Positions 1 through 9,534 of a stretch of 64,000 nt of DNA are shown here, in pieces. Location: the NCBI GenBank assembly GCA_043821445.1, contig JBDRCT010000037.1:49703-113702 (forward strand). The letters are read 5' to 3'. A program made the position numbers and the translations under genes. The notes beneath the pieces are model-generated. The model made no database searches and was not told the DNA's origin. It saw only the letters and a list, made by a program, of their open reading frames with translations. Every line of letters starts with the position of its first letter. Position 1 is the stretch's first letter. This stretch comes from Candidatus Omnitrophota bacterium. GTDB taxonomy: Bacteria > Omnitrophota > Omnitrophia > Omnitrophales > Aquincolibacteriaceae.

Positions 1-354
1 TTCTATCAGTATCTTTTTGTCGGCATTTTCTTCGTTTTTGCGCTTGTTTTTGCCGCAATTCCTTTGGTCCTGGCCTGGTTCCTGGCCCCCAAGAAGCCAT
101 CGGCTGAGAAACAAGCCTCCTACGAATGCGGCCTGGCCTCCCAGGGTGACCCTTGGATGCAGTATCATGTGCAATATTATCTCTTTGCGTTGATCTTCGT
201 CATTTTTGATATCGAAACGGTCTTTATCTACCCGTGGGCCGTGGCCTTTAAAAAACTGGGCCTCTTCGCCTTCGTGGAAATGGCTATTTTTATCGCGATC
301 CTCGCTTTCGGCCTCATTTACGCCTGGAAGAAAAAAATGCTCGAGTGGGAATAA
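1..354 (+). CDS. nuoA: NADH-quinone oxidoreductase subunit A (5' end outside window)
   Basis: Frame 1 is open from base 1 (FYQYLFVGIFFVFALVFAAIPLVLAWFLAPKK...). Conserved NuoA core (ECGLASQGDPWMQYHVQYYLFALIFVIFDIETVFIYPWAV) is followed by nuoB. Confidence 0.9.
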   Translation, partial: FYQYLFVGIFFVFALVFAAIPLVLAWFLAPKKPSAEKQASYECGLASQGDPWMQYHVQYYLFALIFVIFDIETVFIYPWAVAFKKLGLFAFVEMAIFIAILAFGLIYAWKKKMLEWE

Positions 355-371
355 ACGGGGGCTGACCCCTT

Positions 372-1124
372 TTGGGGAACGCGGAAAATCTTATGACATT
401 CACAAAAAACACATCTTCGGTCGATGCATCGCTTCGCGCGGAACTCGCGAAAAATGGCGTGGTCTGGACAAGCCTTGATTTCCTCTACAATTGGGGCCGG
501 CGTTCGTCGATCTGGCCCATGCAGTTCGGCCTCGCTTGCTGCGCATTCGAGATGATCGCCGCGGCCTGCGCCCGTTATGACATTGCCCGGTTCGGCTCCG
601 AACTTTTCCGTGCCTCGCCGCGCCAAGCCGACCTCATGATCATTTCAGGGACCGTCACCAAAAAAATGGCGCCCCTGGTCGTCCGTCTTTATAATCAGAT
701 GCCGGAACCCAAGTACGTGCTCACGATGGGTGCCTGCGCAATCTCGGGTGGTCCTTTTATCGACGGTTATAATGTTTTGCGCGGGATCGACCGTTACATC
801 CCGGTCGATGTCCATCTCCCCGGTTGTCCTCCCCGGCCCGAAGCCCTGCTCCACGGCCTCATGGAACTTCAAAAAAAGATCGCCTCACAGGAGATCCGGA
901 AAACCGAATGGTATCAAAAAGGCCTGAAGCGAAAGTTCCCGATCCCGGAGCTTGGACCTAACGGTCTCATCCCAAAATTCAACCCGGAGGTTTGGCAACC
1001 GCTCGAAAAAGATCCTCGCCGGGAACATTACGGACCAACGATCCTTGTTGGGAAAAAACAGAAAGCCCCGGACTTGGAAGGGGTGGTGGCCGCCAAGCCC
1101 GCCGCGCCGGGAGCTACCGCCTGA
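372..1124 (+). CDS. nuoB: NADH-quinone oxidoreductase subunit B (20 kDa, Fe-S N2) with a ~70-aa K/P-rich C-terminal extension
   Basis: Motifs [16 protein letters not shown] and [12 protein letters not shown]. The ORF start at 372 is TTG; ATG at 393 is an alternative start. Confidence 0.9.
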   Translation: MGNAENLMTFTKNTSSVDASLRAELAKNGVVWTSLDFLYNWGRRSSIWPMQFGLACCAFEMIAAACARYDIARFGSELFRASPRQADLMIISGTVTKKMAPLVVRLYNQMPEPKYVLTMGACAISGGPFIDGYNVLRGIDRYIPVDVHLPGCPPRPEALLHGLMELQKKIASQEIRKTEWYQKGLKRKFPIPELGPNGLIPKFNPEVWQPLEKDPRREHYGPTILVGKKQKAPDLEGVVAAKPAAPGATA

Positions 1125-1125
1125 T

Positions 1126-1797
1126 ATGAATCTCCCCATCGAAGAGATCAAAAAAGAACTTGAGGCCCGGCTGCCGGACGTCAAACTCCGCCGGATCCGG
1201 GATTCCCTTTTGATTGAGGACCCGGAAGATCTGCCGCAGGTTGCCTTGTTTTTGAAGGAAAGCCCGAAATTCCTTCTGGATTATCTCTCGTCCGTCACCG
1301 GCGCGGATTATTTGGATCATCTGGAATCGGTCTATCACCTTTACTCCATGGCTAAAAAACAAGGCCCCGTCGTGCTTCGCGTTCGCGTCACAAAAAGCCA
1401 TACGGCGGTCCCCTCGCCCATTGACGGCAGCAAAACAGAAACGGGGGCTGAGAAGAACGCCCCGGACGTAAAAAAAGTAAAAGCCGGGAAGATTCCTTCC
1501 CTCGTGTCGATCTACCGGAGCGCGGAACTTCAGGAGCGCGAGGCTTTTGATACCTTCGGCATTATTTATGAAGGGCATCCCGACCCGCGGCGGCTTTTCA
1601 TGTGGGAAGAATTCCAGGGTCATCCCCTGCGCAAGGATTACGAACAAGAAGACGCGGAGGTCCTGGAAACTGCGGATATCGCATGGCTTGAAGCCCGCGG
1701 GATCAAGGTCCCCGACGAAATGAAAGAAAAAGCAAAGGCGCTCCAGACGGCCGGTCGGCGCGCCGTGGCTCAAAAGCCGGAAAAACCGAGGAATTGA
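1126..1797 (+). CDS. nuoC: NADH-quinone oxidoreductase subunit C (30 kDa)
   Basis: ATG 1 nt after the nuoB stop. NuoC motifs (SIYRSAELQEREAFDTFGIIYEGHPDPRRLFM); carries an internal insert and a C-terminal extension. Confidence 0.88.
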   Translation: MNLPIEEIKKELEARLPDVKLRRIRDSLLIEDPEDLPQVALFLKESPKFLLDYLSSVTGADYLDHLESVYHLYSMAKKQGPVVLRVRVTKSHTAVPSPIDGSKTETGAEKNAPDVKKVKAGKIPSLVSIYRSAELQEREAFDTFGIIYEGHPDPRRLFMWEEFQGHPLRKDYEQEDAEVLETADIAWLEARGIKVPDEMKEKAKALQTAGRRAVAQKPEKPRN

Positions 1798-1804
1798 CGT
1801 TTTA

Positions 1805-1882
1805 TGTCATCGCGAGCCCGCATTTTGGGCGTGGCGATCTCGAAGCAAGATTGCTTCGCCGTCTTCGCGGCTCGCAATGACT
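1805..1882. repeat. MITE/REP-like palindromic element, family 1 (TIR GTCATYGCGAGC / GCTCGCAATGAC), short copy
   Basis: Nested inverted repeats (tgtcatcgcgagc ... gaagcaagattgcttcg ... gctcgcaatgac) in the nuoC-nuoD intergenic space. Related copies at 4965-5070 and 55376-55516. Confidence 0.7.
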
Positions 1883-1895
1883 CGATAAGGAAAGA

Positions 1896-3044
1896 ATGGA
1901 AGCAACGAATGTTCTAAAAAATACTGATAACGCCTCGCTTCTCGAGATCAATTTCGGGCCGCAGCACCCGTCTACCCACGGCGTTTTCCGCATGACAGTG
2001 CAGCTCGAGGGTGAAAAGATCTGCGGGCTGAAGCCCGTCTTCGGATACCTTCACCGCAACCATGAACAGATCGCGGAAAACCTTCCCTACGCGGCGATCA
2101 TGCCCTACACGGACCGTCTGGATTACGTGAACGCGCTCTCGAATAATTTCGGCTACGCGCTCACGGTCGAAAAACTCGCGGGGCTTGAAGTGCCCGAGCG
2201 GGCGCAATATATCCGCGTGATCATGGCGGAACTCGCGCGCATCGTGAACCATATCGCGGTCATCGGATTCATGCTCAACGACCTCGGCGCTTTTTTTACG
2301 CCGCTCCTCTACGCCTTCCGCGAACGGGAAAGGATCCTGGATCTTTTCGAACGGGTCACAGGTTCGCGCCTGATGAATAATTTTTTCTGTTTCGGCGGCG
2401 TGAAGCGCGATTTCACGGACGCGAATTTTACCGCCATCCGGAAGATCGTTTCAGGATTTCCGGCGTTCCTTAAAGAATTCGAGGCGCTCCTCACGAAAAA
2501 CGAGATCCTCTGTATGCGCTGCCAGAATATCGGCGTTCTGTCGGGGGAAACGGCAACGAACGCCGGCATCACCGGCCCCGTGCTCCGCGCCTCGGGCGTG
2601 AATTATGACATCCGTAAAGTGGACCGTTACGGCATTTACGACCGTTTTGATTTCAAGGTCCCGCTCGGGCAAAAAGGAGACGTCTACGACCGTTTTTATG
2701 TCCGTGTCCTCGAGATACGCGAGAGCCTGAAGATCCTTGATCAGGCCCTGACCCGGATCCCGCCCGGTGAGATCATGAATAAGAAATCGTCTTCGACCCT
2801 GAAAATACCGCGCAATTTCAAGCCGCCCGTGGGTGAAGCCTATGGACGCGTCGAATCCCCGAAAGGCGAACTGGGATTTTATGTCGTAAGCGACGGTACG
2901 CCGCAACCGTGGCGCTATCACGTGCGCGCCCCATCGCTTATCAACCTGACCGTCTTGGAAGAAATGTGTCTCGGCCAGAAGATCGCCGATGCGATCATTA
3001 TCCTGGGAAGCATCGATATCGTGCTCGGGGAGACGGACCGATGA
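1896..3044 (+). CDS. nuoD: NADH-quinone oxidoreductase subunit D (49 kDa)
   Basis: LEINFGPQHPSTHGVFRM; RASGVNYDIRK; C-terminal HVRAPS. Not fused to nuoC. Confidence 0.95.
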   Translation: MEATNVLKNTDNASLLEINFGPQHPSTHGVFRMTVQLEGEKICGLKPVFGYLHRNHEQIAENLPYAAIMPYTDRLDYVNALSNNFGYALTVEKLAGLEVPERAQYIRVIMAELARIVNHIAVIGFMLNDLGAFFTPLLYAFRERERILDLFERVTGSRLMNNFFCFGGVKRDFTDANFTAIRKIVSGFPAFLKEFEALLTKNEILCMRCQNIGVLSGETATNAGITGPVLRASGVNYDIRKVDRYGIYDRFDFKVPLGQKGDVYDRFYVRVLEIRESLKILDQALTRIPPGEIMNKKSSSTLKIPRNFKPPVGEAYGRVESPKGELGFYVVSDGTPQPWRYHVRAPSLINLTVLEEMCLGQKIADAIIILGSIDIVLGETDR

Positions 3045-3787
3045 CCAGCGCGGAATTCAATAAAAAAAGCTTGGAAACGAACGGCGAGAACCCTGCCCAG
3101 GCATCTTCTGTTCGAAACGCGGCCTCAAACCATGGGTTTGAGACTATTTTCGGATGGGGTGTTTGCAAAGGCATGGGGGTCACGCTTAAAAATTTCTTGA
3201 CCTCTTATTTCCGGAAACCCGACGAGGGCGGCATCTTCACGGTCCAGTATCCGGAGGAGCGAGAAAGGCTGGTCGAGAATTTCAGGAACTTCCCTTTTCT
3301 CGTGTATGACGGCACGCCCGAAAAGGTCCGCTGTGTGGCCTGCGGGATCTGCGAACGGGAGTGCCCGACCAAATGCATTCATATTGAGATGGAGTTCGAC
3401 GCCGCGGTCCCAATACCTGTCAATTTCAGCAAAGCTGAAATTGGGGCCGTCCCGGCTCCCATTGATCAAAAGAAAATCATAGCCGGGACGGGAAAGCCGG
3501 CTCGAAAGCCGGCCGTATTCGATATTAATTACGGGCTTTGTATGAATTGCGGCATGTGTGAAGAGGTCTGCCCGTTCGATTCGATCTTCATGGACCACGC
3601 TTTTGAGGTGACGGCCCCGGAACGTCAAAGCAGCCTCGTCCGGCACAAAAAAGAGCTTCTGAAATCGAATGAGTATTTCAGGGAAATACGGCCGTCTCTG
3701 GCGTCGGCCATTGATCAGAAACGGAAAGCGGCGGAAGAGAAGAAAAAGGCGGCCGTTCCGCCGCCTGTAACGCAAGGACCCCGATGA
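3041..3787 (+). CDS. nuoI: NADH-quinone oxidoreductase subunit I (2x[4Fe-4S] ferredoxin) with an insert between the cluster motifs and a K/E-rich C-terminal tail
   Basis: ATGA overlap with the nuoD stop. CVACGICERECP and CMNCGMCEEVCP motifs. Confidence 0.88.
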   Translation: MTSAEFNKKSLETNGENPAQASSVRNAASNHGFETIFGWGVCKGMGVTLKNFLTSYFRKPDEGGIFTVQYPEERERLVENFRNFPFLVYDGTPEKVRCVACGICERECPTKCIHIEMEFDAAVPIPVNFSKAEIGAVPAPIDQKKIIAGTGKPARKPAVFDINYGLCMNCGMCEEVCPFDSIFMDHAFEVTAPERQSSLVRHKKELLKSNEYFREIRPSLASAIDQKRKAAEEKKKAAVPPPVTQGPR

Positions 3788-4956
3788 TAAGAGGGATTGA
3801 ATTCTATGTCGACATGATCTTCGTGACGGCCAAGGCCTGGATCTTGACCCTTCTGGGCCGTTTCCTTCCGGACTGGCTGATCGTAGTCGCATCGATCACG
3901 ATCAGCGGCGTCGTGATCCTTGTTCTCGGCGTTGTCATCATGATGTACATGACGCTTCTTGAAAGAAAACTGATCGGCAGGATCCAGAACCGCTACGGCC
4001 CGAACCGTGTCGGAAAATGGGGCCTTTTGCAACCCATCGCTGATGCCATCAAGATGTTCACCAAAGAGGACATTGTCCCGGCGAAGGCCGATAAGATCGT
4101 CCACCTCCTCGCGCCCATCGCGATCGTCGTGCCCGCGCTGATGATCTTCCTGGTCGTACCCTTCGGCGACGGCATGACAGCGGTGAATTTGAATATCGGT
4201 CTTCTTTACTTTATCGCGGTATCGTCCGTCGCCATCCTGCCGATCTTCATGGCAAGCTGGGCTTCCCGCAATAAGTATTCGCTTTTGGGCGGCATGCGCA
4301 CGGCGGCCCAGATGATCTCCTATGAGATCCCGATGACCCTCGCCGTCGTCCCGGCCATCATGATGAGCCAGAGCCTTGCGACCAACACGATCGTCCTGGC
4401 GCAGACCGGCGACTACGACCTCCACTGGTTCATCTTCACGCCCTGGGGCATCGTGGGGTTTATTATTTTTTTCCTTTGTGCGACCGCCGAATGCAACCGC
4501 ACCCCGTTCGATCTTCCGGAAGCGGAATCCGAACTCGTGGCAGGCTTCCACACCGAATACAGCGGCATGAAATTCGCTCTCTTTTATATGGCGGAATATA
4601 TGAACACGTTCACGCTTTGCGGTATCGCGGCCACCCTGTTCCTGGGCGGCTGGCAGGGCCCCTTCCTTCCGTCCTGGCTGTGGTTCTTCGGAAAAACGCT
4701 CGCCCTTGTCTGCGTGATGTTCTGGTTCCGCGGCACCTTCCCGCGTTTTCGCGTCGACCATCTGATGGGATTCGCCTGGAAATTCCTTTTGCCGCTCACG
4801 CTCGTCAATATTCTTATCACCGCGCTCTGGTATTTCACGTCGAACCTCGCAGCGTGGGTCTGGTCGGTCCTGATCCTGGGCGTTTCGCTCTGGGTCCTGG
4901 TCAAGCTCAACCGTACTTTTGTTTCTGAAAAACGAACATACCTTTTTTCGGACTAG
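3784..4956 (+). CDS. nuoH: NADH-quinone oxidoreductase subunit H
   Basis: ATGA overlap with the nuoI stop. NuoH motifs (LLERKLIGRIQNRYGPNRVG, PFDLPEAESELVAGFHTEYSGMKFALFYMAEY). Confidence 0.95.
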   Translation: MIRGIEFYVDMIFVTAKAWILTLLGRFLPDWLIVVASITISGVVILVLGVVIMMYMTLLERKLIGRIQNRYGPNRVGKWGLLQPIADAIKMFTKEDIVPAKADKIVHLLAPIAIVVPALMIFLVVPFGDGMTAVNLNIGLLYFIAVSSVAILPIFMASWASRNKYSLLGGMRTAAQMISYEIPMTLAVVPAIMMSQSLATNTIVLAQTGDYDLHWFIFTPWGIVGFIIFFLCATAECNRTPFDLPEAESELVAGFHTEYSGMKFALFYMAEYMNTFTLCGIAATLFLGGWQGPFLPSWLWFFGKTLALVCVMFWFRGTFPRFRVDHLMGFAWKFLLPLTLVNILITALWYFTSNLAAWVWSVLILGVSLWVLVKLNRTFVSEKRTYLFSD

Positions 4957-4964
4957 GCTCATGG

Positions 4965-5070
4965 ATCATTGCGACCTTGCTGCTGTCTTGCGACAGCAAG
5001 ACGGCAAGGGAAGCAATCCCGTTTTAAAGAAAGATTGCCGCGCCCCAAAGAACGGGGCTCGCAATGACAC
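4965..5070. repeat. MITE/REP-like palindromic element, family 1, long copy
   Basis: atcattgcgac ... ggaagcaatcccgttttaaagaaagattgccgcgcc ... gctcgcaatgaca in the nuoH-nuoJ spacer. Shares core and termini with the 55376-55516 copy. Confidence 0.75.
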
Positions 5071-5085
5071 AAAGAAAGTGAAACT

Positions 5086-5598
5086 ATGGAAATATTAGAA
5101 ATGGCCGCAAAATTCGGAACGTACGCTGTGATGGCCGTGATCCTTGTGTTCGCCCTGGGCGTGGTCACACTCCGGAATCTTTTCCATTGCGCGCTTTGCC
5201 TCGCGGCCGCGCTGATCGGAACGGCGGTCATTTATGTCGTGCTCCAGGCGGAATACCTCGCCGCGATCCAGGTCCTTCTTTACGTCGGTGCCGTGGTCAC
5301 GCTCGTCATCTTTGCCATTATGCTGACAGAACACCTTGCGGGAAAGACCGTTCGCCAGAATAATTCCCAGAGCCTGCCGGCGATGGCGGGGCTGTTGGGC
5401 TTCGTGTTGCTCGTCACGGCTCTGATCTTGAAAACGCCCTGGCCGGTCACCCCGGCCGCGCTCAAAGCCAAGGTTTCGGTCATGGGGCTCGGCAAGGCCT
5501 TGATGGGAACTTATGTGTTCCCGTTCGAGGTCATCTCGATCGTCTTGATCGCGGCCTTGATCGGCACGGTGGTCATCGCCAAAAAGGATGATGTATGA
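5086..5598 (+). CDS. nuoJ: NADH-quinone oxidoreductase subunit J
   Basis: Hydrophobic NuoJ-like protein ([22 protein letters not shown]) in the expected operon position. Confidence 0.85.
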   Translation: MEILEMAAKFGTYAVMAVILVFALGVVTLRNLFHCALCLAAALIGTAVIYVVLQAEYLAAIQVLLYVGAVVTLVIFAIMLTEHLAGKTVRQNNSQSLPAMAGLLGFVLLVTALILKTPWPVTPAALKAKVSVMGLGKALMGTYVFPFEVISIVLIAALIGTVVIAKKDDV

Positions 5599-5909
5599 TC
5601 CTCCTCCCTTTGTCGCACATCCTGATCTTTTCTTTGCTTCTTTTCGCGATCGGCGTCTACGGCGCGCTCGTGCGGCGCAATATCATCGGCATTTTGATCT
5701 CGATCGAGCTCATGCTGAACGCCGCCAATATCAACCTGATCGCGTTCTCGAAATACACGTCCCTGGCCCCGGAGACCGGGCAGATCTTCGCCCTTTTTGT
5801 GATCGCGATCGCCGCGACCGCGGCCGCCGTGGGGCTCGCCATTGTCCTGGCCCTTTACCGCGTCCGGAAAACCGTTCAAGCCGATGAGGTTCATTTATTG
5901 AAATGGTAA
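5595..5909 (+). CDS. nuoK: NADH-quinone oxidoreductase subunit K
   Basis: Overlaps the nuoJ stop. Conserved [18 protein letters not shown] motif. Confidence 0.9.
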   Translation: MILLPLSHILIFSLLLFAIGVYGALVRRNIIGILISIELMLNAANINLIAFSKYTSLAPETGQIFALFVIAIAATAAAVGLAIVLALYRVRKTVQADEVHLLKW

Positions 5910-7849
5910 CGTCCGATCAGATCATCCTGGTTCCGTTGCTTCCTTTTTTCGCCTTCGTGGCCAATATCCTGGCCGGGCGGTGGCTCAAGGACCGCGCGGC
6001 GTGGCTTTCCATCGCCACGAGCTCCGTAGCCTGCGTGATCGCGCTCCCCGTCTGCTGGGCTGTCTTCCAGGGTGCCCGTTTCGCTCACCAAGGCACTTGG
6101 CTTATGCTCGGCGCGACACCGCTTAAATTCGGCTATCTGATGGACCCTCTTTCCGCGACGCTTCTTTTCATGGTCACGATCGTCGGCACCCTGATCCAGA
6201 TCTACGCCGCGGGTTACATGCACGGCGACCCGCGCTACAGCCGGTTCTTCGCGTACGTTTCGCTTTTCATGTCCGCCATGCTCACGCTCGTGGTCTCGGA
6301 CAACTACCTCCTCTTTTTCATGTCGTGGGAGATCATGGGGCTTTGCTCGTATCTTTTGATCGGTTTTTATTTCGAGAAAGCCTCCGCCGCCAGCGCCTCG
6401 CTGAAGGCCTTTCTCACTACGCGCGTCGGAGACGTCGGATTCCTCTTGGGGTTCCTCACGCTTTTCGCGGCGCTCGGGACCTTGAACTTCGCGGAAATGA
6501 ACGCCCTTCTGGCGGGGGCCCACAAAACTCATTTCGCGCTGAATACGGGTCTCCTTGCGATGGCGGCACTTTTCATTTTCTGCGGCACGATCGGCAAGTC
6601 CGCGCAGTTCCCGCTCCACGTGTGGCTCCCCGACGCCATGGAAGGCCCGACGCCCGTGAGCGCCCTCATCCACGCGGCGACGATGGTCGCGGCCGGAGTA
6701 TTCCTCGTCGCGCGTTCTTTCACCCTTTTCATGGCCGTCCCGAACGTGTTGCCCGTCGTCACCGCCATCGGCACGACCACCGCCTTCATGGCCGCCTTCA
6801 TCGCGCTGACCCAGAACGACATCAAACGTGTCCTCGCTTATTCGACGATCTCACAGCTCGGCTATATGGTGACCGCCCTCGGGCTTTCGGGCCTCGGCGC
6901 CGGGACCTTTCACCTGATCACGCACGCCTTCTTCAAGGCCCTGCTCTTCCTCAGCGCCGGCAGTGTGATCCACGGCGCGCACGTCCAGGACATCCGCGAG
7001 ATGGGCGGCCTTTTTAAGAAAATGCCGCACACCGCCGTCACTTTCATCATCGCAAGCCTGGCCCTTGCCGGGGTTCCGCCGCTTTCCGGGTTCTGGTCCA
7101 AAGACGAGATCCTACTGGCGGCCTTCGGGTCCGGTCATTTCCTGGTCTTCGGTATTCTTCTCCTCACAGCGCTCCTGACCGCCTTTTATATGTTCCGTCT
7201 TATTTTCCTGACCTTTTTCGGCGCGGCAAGAAATCCCGGGGTCCACGCGCACGAATCCCCGGCCCTCATGACCCTGCCGCTTTGGTGCCTGGCAGTGGGA
7301 TCGGTCGTGATCGGCATCCCCGGCTCGCCTTTCATGCATCACTGGTTCCAGAAATTCATCGCGCACATGGCCCATTGCCCGGAATATGAACCTTCCGCTT
7401 TCGTCATGGCCTGCTCGATCGCGGTGGCCGTCCTCGGGATCGCCCTCGCGGGGATCATGTACCTCAAGCAGAAGCACTGGGCCGCGGCGGTCGCCAGGGC
7501 CTTCCCTTTTCTTTATCGCCTCTCTTTCAACAAATTCTATTTTGACGAATTCTATTTCGCTTACATCGTGAAACCCTTTCAGTCCCTCGGCCGCGTCCTG
7601 TTCCGCTTTGACGAAACCGCGATCGACGGCACCGTGAATAACGCAGGCCGCGCCACTCTTTTCCTGAGCGGGATAAAGAATTGGATCGACCAATACATCG
7701 TGGACGGCGCCGTGAATTTTATGGGGACTGCGGTCTATTTCTTTAATTCGATCGTCAAACGCATTCAAACAGGTTTCGTGCAGAATTATCTTTTGATCGT
7801 ATTTCTGGTATTGATGGTTTTTCTTTTTTGGGAATTAAAGTTAGCATAA
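5903..7849 (+). CDS. nuoL: NADH-quinone oxidoreductase subunit L
   Basis: 648-aa antiporter-like subunit ([22 protein letters not shown]) with a long C-terminal extension. Overlaps the nuoK stop. Confidence 0.95.
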   Translation: MVTSDQIILVPLLPFFAFVANILAGRWLKDRAAWLSIATSSVACVIALPVCWAVFQGARFAHQGTWLMLGATPLKFGYLMDPLSATLLFMVTIVGTLIQIYAAGYMHGDPRYSRFFAYVSLFMSAMLTLVVSDNYLLFFMSWEIMGLCSYLLIGFYFEKASAASASLKAFLTTRVGDVGFLLGFLTLFAALGTLNFAEMNALLAGAHKTHFALNTGLLAMAALFIFCGTIGKSAQFPLHVWLPDAMEGPTPVSALIHAATMVAAGVFLVARSFTLFMAVPNVLPVVTAIGTTTAFMAAFIALTQNDIKRVLAYSTISQLGYMVTALGLSGLGAGTFHLITHAFFKALLFLSAGSVIHGAHVQDIREMGGLFKKMPHTAVTFIIASLALAGVPPLSGFWSKDEILLAAFGSGHFLVFGILLLTALLTAFYMFRLIFLTFFGAARNPGVHAHESPALMTLPLWCLAVGSVVIGIPGSPFMHHWFQKFIAHMAHCPEYEPSAFVMACSIAVAVLGIALAGIMYLKQKHWAAAVARAFPFLYRLSFNKFYFDEFYFAYIVKPFQSLGRVLFRFDETAIDGTVNNAGRATLFLSGIKNWIDQYIVDGAVNFMGTAVYFFNSIVKRIQTGFVQNYLLIVFLVLMVFLFWELKLA

Positions 7850-7947
7850 TCTTAAAGTATTGAGTTCAGAGTTCGGAGTTCGGAGTAAAACCATGGGCCT
7901 TTACTCCCGCCCCCGAACTCCTGGCTCCGTACTAAAAAGGAGTTTTT

Positions 7948-9411
7948 ATGACCTCTCATATCCTGTCCTGGATCATTTTTGCGCCATTGATCGGCGCGTT
8001 CGCAGTCCTCTTTGTGCCGAAAAGCGCGGCCTCCGCGATCAAATGGATCGCGCTTGTCACCACCGGCGCCGTGATGGCGCTCACCGGTTACGCCCTGATG
8101 ATCTTCCGGCCCGCCCAGGCCGGCTTTCAGATGGTGGAGCGTGCCTCGTGGATCCCGCAATTCGGTGTCCAGTATCTTCTGGGGATCGACGGGATCAGCC
8201 TTCCCATGGTGTTCCTCACCGCGATCATTTCGCTGGTAGCGTGCCTCGCCTCCTTCGGGATCAAGGAACGCCAGAAAGAATATTATTTCCTGTATCTCCT
8301 CCTTGAGACCGGCATGATGGGAACTTTCCTTGCGCTCGACCTTTTTCTTTTTTATGTGCTCTGGGAGGTCGTGCTGGTTCCGATGTATTTCCTGATCGGG
8401 ATCTGGGGTGGACCGCGTCGCGAATACGCCGCGATCAAATTTTTCCTTTATACCCTCGCGGGCAGTCTTTTCATGCTCCTGGGGATCCTCGGCGTTTACT
8501 TCGCCGCCGCGCCGCACACGTTCGATATGACGCAGCTGGTCGGCATGCCCCGCGGACTTCTTTTCCAGCAGATCGTCTTTATGGCCTTTTTCCTCGGCTT
8601 CGCGATCAAGGTGCCGATCTTTCCGTTCCACACCTGGCTTCCGGACGCGCACGTGGAGGCCCCGACCCCGATCAGCGTGATCCTCGCGGGAGTGCTTCTC
8701 AAAATGGGCACGTACGGATTTTTCCGTTTCAGTTATCCCCTCTTCCCGGAAGCCGCGCATTGGTTCCAGCCGGCCATGGCGGTCCTGGCCATTGTGGGCA
8801 TCATCTATGGCGGCTATGTCGCGCTCGCGCAAACAGACTTCAAAAAAATGGTCGCTTACTCGAGCGTCAGTCACATGGGCTTCGTTCTGCTCGGACTTGC
8901 TGCTTTAAACGCAAACGGTTTCCGCGGGGCCATGCTCCAGATGTTCACCCACGGCACCATCACGGGCGGGCTCTTCTTGCTGGTCGGCGTTCTCTACGAC
9001 CGGGCCCACAGCCGCGACCTGAACGGTTTTGGCGGACTCGGCGTCAAAATGCCGGCCTACGCGGGATTCCTGACCTTTTTCGCGCTCGCATCGCTCGGTC
9101 TCCCGGGCCTCTCCGGATTTATCAGCGAATTCCTGGCGCTCCTGGGCTCTTATCAATATTCCAAACTGGTGACCGGGCTTTCCACGATCGGCATTATCCT
9201 CGCGGCGACCTATCTTCTTTATATGGTCCAGCGCGTCCTGCTCGGGAAACTCAACCCGAAGTGGGCCGCTCTTCCGGACATCAGCACCCGCGAGGTGCTG
9301 ACGCTCGTCCCGCTCATGGTCTTTATCCTCGGGATCGGTCTGTACCCGCGGATCATCCTGGACTACATGGTCCCGACGCTCGATGCTTTGCTTAAAATGG
9401 TCAAGGTCTGA
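7948..9411 (+). CDS. nuoM: NADH-quinone oxidoreductase subunit M
   Basis: Antiporter-like subunit (WLPDAHVEAPTPISVILAGVLLKMG). AAAAGGAG RBS 7 nt upstream; an imperfect hairpin at 7856-7932 precedes it. Confidence 0.95.
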   Translation: MTSHILSWIIFAPLIGAFAVLFVPKSAASAIKWIALVTTGAVMALTGYALMIFRPAQAGFQMVERASWIPQFGVQYLLGIDGISLPMVFLTAIISLVACLASFGIKERQKEYYFLYLLLETGMMGTFLALDLFLFYVLWEVVLVPMYFLIGIWGGPRREYAAIKFFLYTLAGSLFMLLGILGVYFAAAPHTFDMTQLVGMPRGLLFQQIVFMAFFLGFAIKVPIFPFHTWLPDAHVEAPTPISVILAGVLLKMGTYGFFRFSYPLFPEAAHWFQPAMAVLAIVGIIYGGYVALAQTDFKKMVAYSSVSHMGFVLLGLAALNANGFRGAMLQMFTHGTITGGLFLLVGVLYDRAHSRDLNGFGGLGVKMPAYAGFLTFFALASLGLPGLSGFISEFLALLGSYQYSKLVTGLSTIGIILAATYLLYMVQRVLLGKLNPKWAALPDISTREVLTLVPLMVFILGIGLYPRIILDYMVPTLDALLKMVKV

Positions 9412-9428
9412 TAAAGGATAAGAAAATG

Positions 9429-9534
9429 AACCCCGTTAGACCTTTTGAAATCAGTCTCAATCGCATGGATGTAAAAGAAGCTATGAACAAAAGCAAAACG
9501 AAATTTATTATTAAAGTGGAGGTCTAACGGGGTG
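9429..9534 (+). promoter_or_regulatory. Inverted 13-nt arms (AACCCCGTTAGACC ... GGTCTAACGGGGTG) bracketing the SD and GTG start of nuoN
   Basis: Left arm 9429-9442, right arm 9521-9534. The right arm contains the nuoN GTG (9532) and lies just 3' of a GGAGG SD. A 33-codon sORF (9426-9527, MNPVRPFEISLNRMDVKEAMNKSKTKFIIKVEV) with its own AAGGA SD runs between the arms. The same arms recur at 29014-29124. Confidence 0.5.

Noticed and set aside
2909-3040. ORF-track start of nuoI at 2909, overlapping nuoD by 136 bp.
   Set aside because: The ATG at 3041 overlaps the nuoD stop in the ATGA arrangement used throughout this operon. The upstream extension merely lies in the open alternative frame.
3715-4962. 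415-aa minus-strand ORF rich in R/D/E/H opposite nuoH. Similar long antisense ORFs occur at 5891-6673, 7112-7768, 7852-8874, 9511-10395 and 49910-51535.
   Set aside because: They lie antisense to strongly conserved nuo or cusA genes and have the low-complexity Arg/Asp/Glu/His composition typical of antisense frames in high-GC DNA. There is no RBS and no recognisable domain.
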